IMG/VR virus record: IMGVR_UViG_3300029288_000083
Location: 1-30,129 of that record
From: a virus
Lineage: Duplodnaviria; Heunggongvirae; Uroviricota; Caudoviricetes
Length of the DNA: 30,129 nucleotides
Reading direction: 5' to 3' (one strand)
A program made the translations under genes and the position numbers. Below the pieces are notes generated by a model. The model saw only the letters and a program-made list of their open reading frames with translations. It was not told the origin of the DNA and made no database searches. Below, piece by piece: positions 14,171-23,507 of this stretch. The first letter of the stretch is position 1, and the number at the start of each line of letters is the position of its first letter.

Positions 14171-14248
14171 CTAGTTGATTTTAAAAAATTTTTTGGGGAA
14201 AAAAAATGTCCACTAAAAATGGACATTCTAAAAAGGTATGATTTTGTT

Positions 14249-14431
14249 TTAAATTACGATTGCAACAATGTTGTTGGTTTCGATTGAATCTTTTACAATA
14301 TAAAGTTCTCTATTGCTAAAAGTATTTAAAAATTCCTCGAGGTTTAAATCAGAAGCGTAAGGAACAATTATTTGATTTCCTTTTGTGATAGTAAAATTAT
14401 TATCTACAAGTTTGTAAAATTTATTTGCCAT
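14249..14431 (-). CDS. Hypothetical protein
   Basis: ORF track. Confidence 0.65.
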   Translation of the reverse strand: MANKFYKLVDNNFTITKGNQIIVPYASDLNLEEFLNTFSNRELYIVKDSIETNNIVAIVI

Positions 14432-14580
14432 AAATGATTCTTTTAAATGATTTATAATGATATGTAAAAAAGTTGATATACAACTATAACATTGTATTTA
14501 AAGTTTATAGAATGATCCTTAGATATCATTGGTATCTACCTGGAGTTATTTGTTGCGGTAGCAACAAACAGATGCCATTA

Positions 14581-14817
14581 CTATTTTTTTGATTTAGGAA
14601 TTGGATTATTATTTACGTATGAGAATTTTCTAAGTAGTTTAAAAAATTCCTCATGTTCTTCGATTGTATTATTGAGGTCAGCAATATGTTTACGTTGATT
14701 TACAATGTAGTACAATAGAAGTTTTTCGTTTTCTGTTTTTTCAGCAATAGGTGAGTTCTGCATGTAATTGATTAACTCGATTGCTTTTTGGTAATTCGGG
14801 TCGTGAAAACTAATCAT
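14581..14817 (-). CDS. Hypothetical coiled-coil protein
   Basis: ORF track; tandem TAG TAA stop. Confidence 0.7.
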   Translation of the reverse strand: MISFHDPNYQKAIELINYMQNSPIAEKTENEKLLLYYIVNQRKHIADLNNTIEEHEEFFKLLRKFSYVNNNPIPKSKK

Positions 14818-14820
14818 TGA

Positions 14821-15081
14821 TTAACCTAGTAAAGAGTCAGTTTTGAAATTACCGTTTTTGTTGTATTTGCTCGTTTGTTCTGAGTACCAATAATCGTATT
14901 CGATTTGGTTAGGGCAATCCATACCGAATCTTTCAACAAAAGAGTTTTTCATAAACGCTGGAATAACTTTTTGTTCAAGTGTTCCGTTTGTTTTTGTAAT
15001 GAATAAACAGAAGTCAGTAACTCCACCTGGTTTGATTACTTCGTTTACGTTTTCGCTAAATGGTGTGTTTGTTTGTTCCAT
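14821..15081 (-). CDS. Hypothetical protein
   Basis: ORF track. Confidence 0.7.
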   Translation of the reverse strand: MEQTNTPFSENVNEVIKPGGVTDFCLFITKTNGTLEQKVIPAFMKNSFVERFGMDCPNQIEYDYWYSEQTSKYNKNGNFKTDSLLG

Positions 15082-15099
15082 GATATTTATTTTTTTATG

Positions 15100-15444
15100 T
15101 TAAAGTAGTTCTGTTATTCTTGCAATGATTTGGTCTCTAGATAAAACGCCAACAGTTCTCATGTTTATTGTTTTGTTTATGTATAGAGCAGTAGGTACAT
15201 TACGTATGTTTAATATTCGTGTTAGTTCCTCGTTTTTTTCAATGTCAATTTTATAGAAGTCAACGTTTGTATAATCTTCTTCAAGATCTTCTAGTTTTGG
15301 TGCTAATACTTTACAGGGTCCACACCAAGTTGCATAGAAGTCAATGACGACAGGTTTTTCTCCTAGAAAATTAATTTCGTTATTTTCGGCTTTATAAATG
15401 TTATAAACGAGTTTGTTAAATTCTTCTGTGTTTATTTCTTTCAT
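15100..15444 (-). CDS. trxA: Thioredoxin
   Basis: VVIDFYATWCGPCK active site and cis-Pro motif VPT. Confidence 0.95.
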   Translation of the reverse strand: MKEINTEEFNKLVYNIYKAENNEINFLGEKPVVIDFYATWCGPCKVLAPKLEDLEEDYTNVDFYKIDIEKNEELTRILNIRNVPTALYINKTINMRTVGVLSRDQIIARITELL

Positions 15445-15662
15445 GATTTATTTTTTTGAAATTTTGAATTAAGTTTTTTAGCGCGGTTTTTTAACGCGTT
15501 AAAATGATTTTGACATTGTCTTTGTTCATTGATGTTATTAAACGAGAACTTTGTATTTTCTAGAAGTTTAACAATTGCAACTAGAGATTCTGTTATCAAT
15601 TTTTGATTTTCATAAATGTCTTTATGAAGTTCATCATGAATTTGTTCAGGATTAGAATTCAT
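15441..15662 (-). CDS. Hypothetical coiled-coil protein
   Basis: Start reassigned to MNSNPEQ; ATGA overlap with trxA. Confidence 0.7.
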   Translation of the reverse strand: MNSNPEQIHDELHKDIYENQKLITESLVAIVKLLENTKFSFNNINEQRQCQNHFNALKNRAKKLNSKFQKNKS

Positions 15663-16020
15663 CTTCAATTCCTGGGATGTCGATTTTTCCTCTTCCATCT
15701 TGTTTCTTTATATGAAGTTGTTTACTCACGAATTCTTTAGCGGCTCTGATGAGGTACGCTTGAATTGCTTTTTGTTGTTCTGCTTCTGTTGCGTTTTCTG
15801 GAAGGATACCCATTAGTGTAAAATCTTCAATAAGTTTTGCAGAAACTTTTGTATGAATGATTGTTTCACCTTCCAATGTTATTTTGTAATAACCGTCTTC
15901 TTCTAGTACTATTTTATAATCATCTGCGGAGGGTGCAGACGGTACGTAGGGTTTTCTTGATGAATTTGTTGTAACGTTGATTAGTTCATCTGAAACAACT
16001 GCTTTTGTTTTGTCTCCCAT
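15652..16020 (-). CDS. Hypothetical protein
   Basis: ORF track. Confidence 0.75.
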   Translation of the reverse strand: MGDKTKAVVSDELINVTTNSSRKPYVPSAPSADDYKIVLEEDGYYKITLEGETIIHTKVSAKLIEDFTLMGILPENATEAEQQKAIQAYLIRAAKEFVSKQLHIKKQDGRGKIDIPGIEDEF

Positions 16021-16027
16021 AAAAAAA

Positions 16028-16393
16028 TTATTTAATGTATCCTTGTGCTTTTAAGAATTCTCTAAAAGCATCAACGACTTCTTTATCGTTGACTGTTAAT
16101 TTCCCTTTTACGTATATGTTGCCATTATTTTCAAATCGCATGAATTCAATTGAATCTTTATCGAATAAAGAAATTAAAGAAGGATTTGGAATGCTAATAG
16201 GAACACTAGCAGGCGTGTAATTAAAAACGGCATCATTAAGTGTAAACGAATTTACACCATCGTCAATCATTTCTCTTAGCGATTTTTCCATTGTGTTAAG
16301 TTCATTATCGTCTAAATTTTTAACGTCCTCAATTGGCATGTTAAAATTTTTTGCAACAAGATATTCTTTTTTGATTCTTTCTGTTGTGTTCAT
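16028..16393 (-). CDS. Hypothetical protein
   Basis: ORF track. Confidence 0.75.
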   Translation of the reverse strand: MNTTERIKKEYLVAKNFNMPIEDVKNLDDNELNTMEKSLREMIDDGVNSFTLNDAVFNYTPASVPISIPNPSLISLFDKDSIEFMRFENNGNIYVKGKLTVNDKEVVDAFREFLKAQGYIK

Positions 16394-16396
16394 TAT

Positions 16397-16945
16397 TTAT
16401 TCTTTTATAATTATGCCATTCCAAGTTCTATCGCTATATTCGATATACGCGCGTACATCTAGGATTGTGTCTTCTTGATATTTTATTCCGAAATTATTTG
16501 GAATGTCGTAAGCAAAATCGTTTTCAAAAAAATCTGTTCTTGATATGGATACTTTATGATATCCCATAACAGAAATGCTATCGCCTGTTCTATTCTTGAA
16601 TTTTATTACAATGTCGAATACTGTTTTTTTGTTGATTATGTTAAGAAGCAAATTTAGTGGGAAAACGTCGAAACCTGCAAGATTGTCGATTATGTTAAGA
16701 TTGAAAACTACGGAATGTTTTTCAATTGCAATTACTTGTTTTCCTAATAGGCTTTTTTGTTCTTCTGTTAATTCATCTGTTATGAATTCAACTTCGAACA
16801 AATTTTTATGGAAAATATCCATAAGACTTGCGATATTTTTATTTTGTACTTCGCATTCATTTTCGATTGCATCAACGATTGCATCGAATGCTGCTTGATT
16901 ATCGAGCGGAATGTTCTTTTTCTTTAGGTCTTGTTTTTTTGCCAT
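16397..16945 (-). CDS. Hypothetical protein
   Basis: ORF track; behind a class II motif at 16996-17006. Confidence 0.8.
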   Translation of the reverse strand: MAKKQDLKKKNIPLDNQAAFDAIVDAIENECEVQNKNIASLMDIFHKNLFEVEFITDELTEEQKSLLGKQVIAIEKHSVVFNLNIIDNLAGFDVFPLNLLLNIINKKTVFDIVIKFKNRTGDSISVMGYHKVSISRTDFFENDFAYDIPNNFGIKYQEDTILDVRAYIEYSDRTWNGIIIKE

Positions 16946-16995
16946 GTTCTTTTATATTTTTATATATTTCTTATAGAAAGTGTTGAACTTTTTTA

Positions 16996-17006
16996 TATTA
17001 TATACA
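16996..17006 (-). promoter_or_regulatory. Class II promoter-like motif TGTATATAATA
   Basis: Exact motif match. Confidence 0.55.
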
Positions 17007-17120
17007 TTCTTTTTGCTATTCAGCTTTCTGAAGATTGTACATAATACTTTTTAAGAAACGGACAAATTTTTAAAGAACCGATTGCTGTTGGCAAAAGGAT
17101 CTGAACGGGACAAACGAAAA

Positions 17121-17220
17121 GCTTTGCCTTGAGATTACAGAAGCAAGACTTTGAGATTATAGAAGCCTTACCTTAAGATTACAGAAGCAAGACTTTGAGA
17201 TTTCTAGCGCACTACCTTAG
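17121..17220. repeat. Tandem 22-nt repeats (4.5 units, alternating A/B types, no spacers)
   Basis: gctttgccttgagattacagaa / gcaagactttgagattatagaa / gccttaccttaagattacagaa / gcaagactttgagatttctagc / gcactaccttag. Confidence 0.9.
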
Positions 17221-17227
17221 ACTGTTT

Positions 17228-17437
17228 TTATTTTGCCTCGGCATCACTTGTCGACTCCGTGTTTTTACGGATGCCATCAAAAATATCAATAAGTTCAGCA
17301 ATTCCGATTAATGCACTTATTCCAATTGCGCCAAAGAAAACGTATGTGGGCTGTACGCTTGACCAAAGTTTCGGTGCAAAATACATTGCTCCTACTATTA
17401 CTAAAATGTATACGATTGTAAATCTAACAGCTCTCAT
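17228..17437 (-). CDS. Small membrane protein (2 TM)
   Basis: ORF track. Confidence 0.75.
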   Translation of the reverse strand: MRAVRFTIVYILVIVGAMYFAPKLWSSVQPTYVFFGAIGISALIGIAELIDIFDGIRKNTESTSDAEAK

Positions 17438-17666
17438 CAGTTTTTTCTTTTTTCTTTTTAAATAATTTCGATATGCGCATTCCTATTGCAATGATTGGCA
17501 TAAATATAATTGCAAATATGTATATGATTCCAATACCGTATGGACCGCCAGTGCCGCCCATATTCTTAATAAGATTACGTGTTAAGTAAACTCCTATTGC
17601 TAAATATATTGCAACCGCAACATACCAAAAATTGATATGTGCGGTAAAATTAATTAGAATATCCAT
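17424..17666 (-). CDS. Small membrane protein (2 TM)
   Basis: ORF track. Confidence 0.75.
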   Translation of the reverse strand: MDILINFTAHINFWYVAVAIYLAIGVYLTRNLIKNMGGTGGPYGIGIIYIFAIIFMPIIAIGMRISKLFKKKKEKTDESC

Positions 17667-18223
17667 TATCGTACGTCACTATATTTTTTATGAATCGCAA
17701 TTAATCTTTCTTTGTGCCCAAAGCAAAATTGATAGTTATCAACTTCATCAATTGTTATGAATCGTGCATCGACAACTTCACCTGGTTCAGAATGTTCGAA
17801 CGTAATTCCTTCACAGAAATTGATAAATTTGTCAAGATCCATGACAGAGTAAAACATGTGATAATGAACAATGTTTTGACGATTTGATGTTGGTAATGAA
17901 TTCACATAGAATGGCTGTCCATCTTCAGTAATTCTTTCAAATTTTGAAACGTCCAAACCAGTTTCCTCGTAGGTTTCGCGAATTGCTGCTTCCTCAGAAG
18001 TTTCGTTTTTGTCAATATATCCACAAGGAATATTCCAGTGACCACGAAAATCTGGAGTTTTTTCACCACGCTGATTAATCAAATATTTTGTTGTGAGCGT
18101 ATCTTTTTTGTAGTCAAGAACATGTATCATTACAACTGATGTAACAGCAACTGAACGACCAATCCAAATTTCTCTGCCGTCTGGCAAAATAATACACTCG
18201 TTATGTACGTTATTGAATTTCAT
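17666..18223 (-). CDS. Nudix hydrolase
   Basis: Nudix box GYIDKNETSEEAAIRETYEETGL. Confidence 0.92.
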   Translation of the reverse strand: MKFNNVHNECIILPDGREIWIGRSVAVTSVVMIHVLDYKKDTLTTKYLINQRGEKTPDFRGHWNIPCGYIDKNETSEEAAIRETYEETGLDVSKFERITEDGQPFYVNSLPTSNRQNIVHYHMFYSVMDLDKFINFCEGITFEHSEPGEVVDARFITIDEVDNYQFCFGHKERLIAIHKKYSDVR

Positions 18224-18254
18224 AATTTTTTATTTAATGATTAATAATTAAAAA

Positions 18255-18285
18255 CAAATATACAACATTTATTATGCATTAGCAA
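18255..18285 (-). promoter_or_regulatory. Class I promoter, copy 9
   Basis: TTG-N20-TATATTTG. Confidence 0.75.
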
Positions 18286-18293
18286 TACTATCG

Positions 18294-18758
18294 TTATTTA
18301 TTTTTAAAACGTTTCTCAATTAATTTTTCTCTGAATGAAATAACACTTTGTGATGTGAAAGTTTTTTCCATTGACTTTAATGCAATGTCAATTCCAAATT
18401 CAACAATGTTATCGGTATCAACAATTTCTAAAAAGTTTTCAAACGGTAATACTTTTGTTGCAAGATTACCTAGCATTAGATTAAAAGACACAAGTCGATT
18501 ATTGAAATCTGTTTCATCTTTTGCATGTCCATTTGGCGATAGTTCGTCGGCAGGAATCATCATACCATTTCCATCAGTTGCAAATACACCAAAATAACCT
18601 GTCCACAAGTCATCTAACTGGTCTGGTGTTATACATGGTTTTTCGCCACCCAATAAAATTGAATCCCAATTATATAAACAGTAAATCATGTGAACATTTG
18701 CAGGTGTCATTTGGTCAATGATTTCTTGTGGTATTTCTTCACGTTTTCCGATTGTCAT
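18294..18758 (-). CDS. Hypothetical protein
   Basis: ORF track; class II motif upstream. Confidence 0.8.
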   Translation of the reverse strand: MTIGKREEIPQEIIDQMTPANVHMIYCLYNWDSILLGGEKPCITPDQLDDLWTGYFGVFATDGNGMMIPADELSPNGHAKDETDFNNRLVSFNLMLGNLATKVLPFENFLEIVDTDNIVEFGIDIALKSMEKTFTSQSVISFREKLIEKRFKNK

Positions 18759-18771
18759 ATTTTCAATTTAT

Positions 18772-18782
18772 TATTATATACA
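18772..18782 (-). promoter_or_regulatory. Class II promoter-like motif TGTATATAATA
   Basis: Exact motif match. Confidence 0.55.
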
Positions 18783-18798
18783 TTAACAAATAATAGTT

Positions 18799-19341
18799 TT
18801 ATTCCAAATCCTGGAATTTTGGTTGGCAGCATTTTTTGTATTTCTTATCAGAACCACAAAGGCATTTATCGTTACGTCCAAGTTTGCGGTACGGTGCGTA
18901 ATCCGCAAGACGTTGGTTACGTTCTGCAATTCTTTTTTCTCTTTCCTCTGTTCTGATTCTTTGGTTTTCTTCATCAATATATTTTTGTCCAGCATCAGCT
19001 TCAACAATTTCGATTCCAATTTCTGGTTCGCTAAACATATGAATGAATTGTTCCATTTGGCTTTGTTGTGATGATTGAAAAAAGCTTTTATATGCCTTTA
19101 TCATTTTTTCTTCTTTGCTTTTGATATAACGTTGACGTTGTTCAGCAAGTTTTTCTTTTGGGATATCTTTAAGCATTACATCAACATGTTCAGTTCCGCA
19201 TTCAGTACAAACCCATCTTTTTGTTTTTGCATTTTCATCTGGAACTGAATCAATAACAACAATCTTTTCGATTTTGAAGAATTCCCAATCTTGACACTTT
19301 GTACACCAATGACGGTACATTATTGTTTTAAAATCTGGCAT
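18799..19341 (-). CDS. Zinc-ribbon plus SEC-C motif protein
   Basis: N-terminal CTKC...CTEC; C-terminal KLGRNDKCLCGSDKKYKKCC. Confidence 0.85.
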   Translation of the reverse strand: MPDFKTIMYRHWCTKCQDWEFFKIEKIVVIDSVPDENAKTKRWVCTECGTEHVDVMLKDIPKEKLAEQRQRYIKSKEEKMIKAYKSFFQSSQQSQMEQFIHMFSEPEIGIEIVEADAGQKYIDEENQRIRTEEREKRIAERNQRLADYAPYRKLGRNDKCLCGSDKKYKKCCQPKFQDLE

Positions 19342-19342
19342 G

Positions 19343-19792
19343 TTATTTAGTTTTAATTTTTGGTGAATTGATAATGATTTTATTTGTAATGCCTAAACCA
19401 GTTTTATCGAAAACCACTTCGGATCCTTTTGGAATTGTACATGACAATATAGTATAATAGTTAGAATGCTGTTTTGCTCGTTTCTTGGTTACGCAGAAAT
19501 GATATCCTTGACCATACGATTGCAAACGTAAAGATTCAAATGATTGTCGTCTTGATGAAGAAGAACCATGTTCGTCTAATCCATACGCAATTGATGCAAT
19601 ATCATCGGAACAACTCATGTCTGTTGTTTTTCTGATTGGTTCATCATACAATTCATCAAGAAGCCATTTCATCGGGTAATACGGCGAGGAATAAATTGTC
19701 TTACCATTTAATGTCCACGTTTCAAACATTTTGTAAACGGTCATTTTTCGCTTCGTGATAATCGGCTCTTTTTGTTCGGTAATTAAACACAT
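19343..19792 (-). CDS. Phage hypothetical protein (paralog of 325..846)
   Basis: MCLITEQ..TVYK; GYHF; CTIPKGS; LGITNKIIIN. Confidence 0.8.
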   Translation of the reverse strand: MCLITEQKEPIITKRKMTVYKMFETWTLNGKTIYSSPYYPMKWLLDELYDEPIRKTTDMSCSDDIASIAYGLDEHGSSSSRRQSFESLRLQSYGQGYHFCVTKKRAKQHSNYYTILSCTIPKGSEVVFDKTGLGITNKIIINSPKIKTK

Positions 19793-19793
19793 G

Positions 19794-20426
19794 TTATACT
19801 AATATAAAGTTTTTAATAATTTCAATTGCTTCAGCAGTATTTCCGTTATTAAACGGTAAAGTTATATCGTGACCGCTATTATCGAATATGATAAAATATT
19901 CATCGGTGCCTTCGTCAAACCCAATTGTGTACTGTGGGTATTCACCGATATGCATAGATGGTCCAAAGTCTTCATCAATTACACGAGTTGTTGTAAAGTG
20001 AAAACCGAATTTTACAGAGCCGCCTTCATTCTCATTTGGAATTGTTGTTTCGGATGTATTGCAATCGAAATTGCTAAACACGAATGTAAACAATTCGCGA
20101 ATAAATTTCTCCATATTAAAAAGATTTAATTTAGATAAAGATTCAATTTGAGGAAAGTTCTTTGCAACAAAATGAACATGCTTAGGAGTGCAATTGATAT
20201 ATGTAACTGATGCATTGTAATTAATCACATGAATCTTGCCTGGGTCATTTTGTAATTTTATAACCAAGTCCGAAAATTTTGTAATCTCGACAGATTCAAC
20301 AATTGGGTTTGCAGCTAATGCTTCAGCACCAGCAAACAAGTTATTCACTGAGATATTTTTTGCAAATGCAGAATCATTTGGTTGTGAATTTTCTGATACT
20401 TTAATTTTTGGGTTCAAGTTTTTCAT
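19794..20426 (-). CDS. Hypothetical protein
   Basis: ORF track. Confidence 0.8.
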   Translation of the reverse strand: MKNLNPKIKVSENSQPNDSAFAKNISVNNLFAGAEALAANPIVESVEITKFSDLVIKLQNDPGKIHVINYNASVTYINCTPKHVHFVAKNFPQIESLSKLNLFNMEKFIRELFTFVFSNFDCNTSETTIPNENEGGSVKFGFHFTTTRVIDEDFGPSMHIGEYPQYTIGFDEGTDEYFIIFDNSGHDITLPFNNGNTAEAIEIIKNFILV

Positions 20427-20438
20427 AGGATAAATTAT

Positions 20439-20615
20439 TTAAGATTTAACATTAAGTTCTTTTAGAAATTGCGATTGAACTTCAACAATCATAAGTTTAA
20501 CTTCATGAGCAGCAGCACCAAATTGTAATCTGTCTATTTCTTTTAAATTTTGCATGCCTTCCATTAACTCCAGATATTGTAATCTGGCATTTAATTTTTC
20601 AAGTAGTTCTTCCAT
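20439..20615 (-). CDS. Hypothetical helical protein
   Basis: Start reassigned to MEELLEK, just after the upstream stop. Confidence 0.7.
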   Translation of the reverse strand: MEELLEKLNARLQYLELMEGMQNLKEIDRLQFGAAAHEVKLMIVEVQSQFLKELNVKS

Positions 20616-20616
20616 A

Positions 20617-21015
20617 TTATTCAGCAATATTTTGTTGAACGAATGCAGCAACTGTTTTGTCAAGAATTGCAACAATTTCGTTATATATGATATTTTTTAT
20701 TTCAGAAGTTATCGATGTTCGGTTACTCATATCAATAATATGATATCTTGAGTAAATTAAGTTGTCTGCAATTTGGTCAGACACATTGCTCACATTGTAA
20801 TTTTGCGGTTCACCATTTGCGCATTCAATTAAAGTTTCAACCCAAGATTCAATGTATTTGAATCGACCTTCATCATTGAATTTTAATCCTTCTTCTTTCA
20901 TTGCAAGTTTAATTAACATCCTTGCAAAATCAGAAATTGACCAAGGTTTAAAAACTGATACCGTAGAACCTTCAAGGATTCCAAATTTTTTGATTGTTGC
21001 TGCAGTGATTTCCAT
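20617..21015 (-). CDS. Hypothetical protein (early)
   Basis: ORF track; behind promoter copy 10. Confidence 0.75.
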   Translation of the reverse strand: MEITAATIKKFGILEGSTVSVFKPWSISDFARMLIKLAMKEEGLKFNDEGRFKYIESWVETLIECANGEPQNYNVSNVSDQIADNLIYSRYHIIDMSNRTSITSEIKNIIYNEIVAILDKTVAAFVQQNIAE

Positions 21016-21045
21016 AATTTGTTTGTTTTATCAATTAATTAAAAT

Positions 21046-21076
21046 TAAATATACAACATTAATGAAGCAATAGCAA
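21046..21076 (-). promoter_or_regulatory. Class I promoter, copy 10 (TATATTTA variant)
   Basis: TTG-N20-TATATTTA. Confidence 0.75.
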
Positions 21077-21099
21077 TAGTTTATGCAATTATTTTTAAA

Positions 21100-21336
21100 T
21101 TAATTTACTCCAGGTTTATAAATGTTAATTAATCTATTAACACGAATTTCAGAAATTAATAAGTCATCAACTTCTTTACATCGTACTTCAGGCGAAATAC
21201 TATTTTGATTTACTGTTAATGCAAATGCAAGTTTCAATAAAACAAGATTTGACATTTCTTCCGCAAGACAGTTAATGTTTAACGGTTTTGAATTTTTCAG
21301 CAATTCTTTGCCTTCGATTATTTCTTTTGTTTCCAT
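21100..21336 (-). CDS. Hypothetical protein
   Basis: Start reassigned to METKEII. Confidence 0.7.
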   Translation of the reverse strand: METKEIIEGKELLKNSKPLNINCLAEEMSNLVLLKLAFALTVNQNSISPEVRCKEVDDLLISEIRVNRLINIYKPGVN

Positions 21337-21340
21337 ATGA

Positions 21341-21874
21341 TTAGTATAAGTCTTCGCTATGTAATCTTTTTCCACGAACGTCATCAATGTCTTTTACCTG
21401 ATTTGCATTTAATGCAATAATCAAACCTTCTTCTCTGCCAACGAATCTGTTTTTGTTTGTTAAGAATCCTTGAATTTCTCTTCCCATTTCATGTTGAGGT
21501 TTTCCTGTTATTGCAACCATTTGGTATAAGCAATTATGATGACGTAATCCAGAGAACACCATTCCGCTATCACAATTCTTCGGACGGCAAAAGCCTTCAG
21601 GAAAATCTTTATCCACAATTGGAAAATCCAAATACCAATTAGCAGCACAAAGAATGTATTCATCTGGCATAATTGTTTTATCAACTAATTCCAATAAATC
21701 ATTTTGTACGTTCTCGCATGTTACTGCTGTGTCAGCAAGTAAATCAATTATTTTTTCTTGTTTACTTTTTGGCCATGTTTTTAATTCTTTTGCAATCGAA
21801 ACAAGTGTCCAAAAAGGTCCTAACTTATTTCTTATCTTTGCAGATAAAGGTTCGATATGTTTTTTGTTTTCCAT
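21341..21874 (-). CDS. Phage hypothetical protein (C-terminal RH..C / QGFLT..NRFV.R.E / SEDLY type)
   Basis: ORF track; motif pattern recalled from widespread phage hypothetical proteins. Confidence 0.8.
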   Translation of the reverse strand: MENKKHIEPLSAKIRNKLGPFWTLVSIAKELKTWPKSKQEKIIDLLADTAVTCENVQNDLLELVDKTIMPDEYILCAANWYLDFPIVDKDFPEGFCRPKNCDSGMVFSGLRHHNCLYQMVAITGKPQHEMGREIQGFLTNKNRFVGREEGLIIALNANQVKDIDDVRGKRLHSEDLY

Positions 21875-22452
21875 TATTTTGAAAATTGATTTAGCATATA
21901 TGTAAATTCGGTTATCATTTTAATTTCTTGCGTTTCTTTATCAATAACAACGCCATCAGAATACTCTACGTAAACAGTTTCAAAATTATAACTTTTAAAC
22001 GATTTACAGAATTCGAGTTGTATGCTTATCGGAATTATTGGTAAACCTGCAAATTCATTAGATGCAGCAACAACTTCATTTGCATCATTAAAAATGTGTT
22101 TGGTTGTTGTTATGATATCTTCACCTATTGATATACTTTCCAAATCAATGCCTTCAGGCGATTTGCAAAGATACACAAATGGCTTAAGATTTAATGATTC
22201 ACTATTACATTTTGTAATGTATGTCTTTCCTTGTTCTGGAATATTTACTGTTGTGTTTAAACAGACAAACAGTTCTTGTCCTAAAGAATACGGAAATCTG
22301 CGAGTTGAAAAAAACATGTTACCACAGTCTTCAGAATTCTTATCAGTATTTCTGTATATGTTCGACTGATTATCTGTATACTTTACAAACATATATGCTT
22401 TAACATATTGTTTGCCATTGCGCATTATAATTTCCATATCTCGTTTTATCAT
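21874..22452 (-). CDS. Hypothetical protein
   Basis: ORF track. Confidence 0.8.
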   Translation of the reverse strand: MIKRDMEIIMRNGKQYVKAYMFVKYTDNQSNIYRNTDKNSEDCGNMFFSTRRFPYSLGQELFVCLNTTVNIPEQGKTYITKCNSESLNLKPFVYLCKSPEGIDLESISIGEDIITTTKHIFNDANEVVAASNEFAGLPIIPISIQLEFCKSFKSYNFETVYVEYSDGVVIDKETQEIKMITEFTYMLNQFSK

Positions 22453-22462
22453 TTTATTTAAT

Positions 22463-22678
22463 TTACTTTATGTATAATTCATTTGTTTCAATTAATCGAC
22501 CGTAATTGCTTCCTTGTTTTTTGCCAATCAATACGGTTCTTGGCAAAGTGTCAGTTGAACACATTTGGTCAAAATCGTTTATGTAATCATCTTCACCTTC
22601 TGCTGTCGAAACTTGTAGCCCAAGTAATTCCGTGTTTTTTACAAGTGTTCCGTAAAAATATGTTTTTAACTTTTCCAT
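22463..22678 (-). CDS. Hypothetical protein
   Basis: Start reassigned to MEKLKTY. Confidence 0.65.
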   Translation of the reverse strand: MEKLKTYFYGTLVKNTELLGLQVSTAEGEDDYINDFDQMCSTDTLPRTVLIGKKQGSNYGRLIETNELYIK

Positions 22679-22679
22679 A

Positions 22680-23057
22680 TTAATTTTTGTAAGGTCTACG
22701 ATAATTTTTTGAATAAACAGAAATGTATGAATCTGCGGTTTTGTCAATTAGTTCATTTTTACTTGTGATTTTGCAAAATCCAATTGCGTAATGTGTTCCA
22801 CATTCCATGCCTTCATCAATTTCCCATGCAATTTCAATAACAACATTCACCCAAGATTTGTTATCAGCTGCAGCTTCACGAGATTTCATTAATGAAGTTC
22901 CATTCAAACCTTTTACATTGTCAATAAGCAATTTTATTTCTGCTGGTATGTTATTTGAATTATACGCATACCCATAATCTGCAGCATCTTTATAAATTCG
23001 ATATTGTTTTGATTCTACAGTTTCAAACGATTTTGCTTCTTCTTTAAATACTCCCAT
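22680..23057 (-). CDS. Hypothetical protein
   Basis: ORF track. Confidence 0.75.
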   Translation of the reverse strand: MGVFKEEAKSFETVESKQYRIYKDAADYGYAYNSNNIPAEIKLLIDNVKGLNGTSLMKSREAAADNKSWVNVVIEIAWEIDEGMECGTHYAIGFCKITSKNELIDKTADSYISVYSKNYRRPYKN

Positions 23058-23091
23058 TGTAGTGAATTTTAAATTTGGATTATGGATTAAA

Positions 23092-23466
23092 TTAAAATAC
23101 GATTAATGAACGGTGAAAACAAAATTCTTTTTTAGAACTTTTTTCAATTGCAAGAATTGCGTTTTTTCTGCTTGGCTTAATTCCAGTTATTGTATAAACT
23201 TTATTTTTAAATATAAAGTCTCTATTAAAATCGGTTAATGCAAGATCATATAATTTATGATATTGTATAAACAAATTTTTATTTGGGTTCACACCTGCAA
23301 TAGTTGCTGTGATTTTAACGGCGCATGTATTATCGTCAAAGTTACAACCTGAATTGGTTAGTGTTACACCTAATTCTTCTTCAAGTGATTTTAAACGTTC
23401 AAGAAATATTTTTTGAATTCTTTCCAATGAACCGTTTGTTCTGTTGAATTTTGTAATTTTTGCCAT
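23092..23466 (-). CDS. Hypothetical protein (early)
   Basis: Start reassigned to MAKITK, behind promoter copy 11. Confidence 0.75.
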   Translation of the reverse strand: MAKITKFNRTNGSLERIQKIFLERLKSLEEELGVTLTNSGCNFDDNTCAVKITATIAGVNPNKNLFIQYHKLYDLALTDFNRDFIFKNKVYTITGIKPSRKNAILAIEKSSKKEFCFHRSLIVF

Positions 23467-23507
23467 GATTGTATTTTTTAAGTTTTTATTTATCAATTAA
23501 TTAAAAT

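Noticed and set aside
16397-16945. Tail-tube-like fold for the 182-aa protein
   Set aside because: Only a vague beta-strand pattern and no structural-gene context; would need HHpred/Foldseek.
17121-17220. CRISPR mini-array
   Set aside because: Units are contiguous with no unique spacers, and no cas genes are present.
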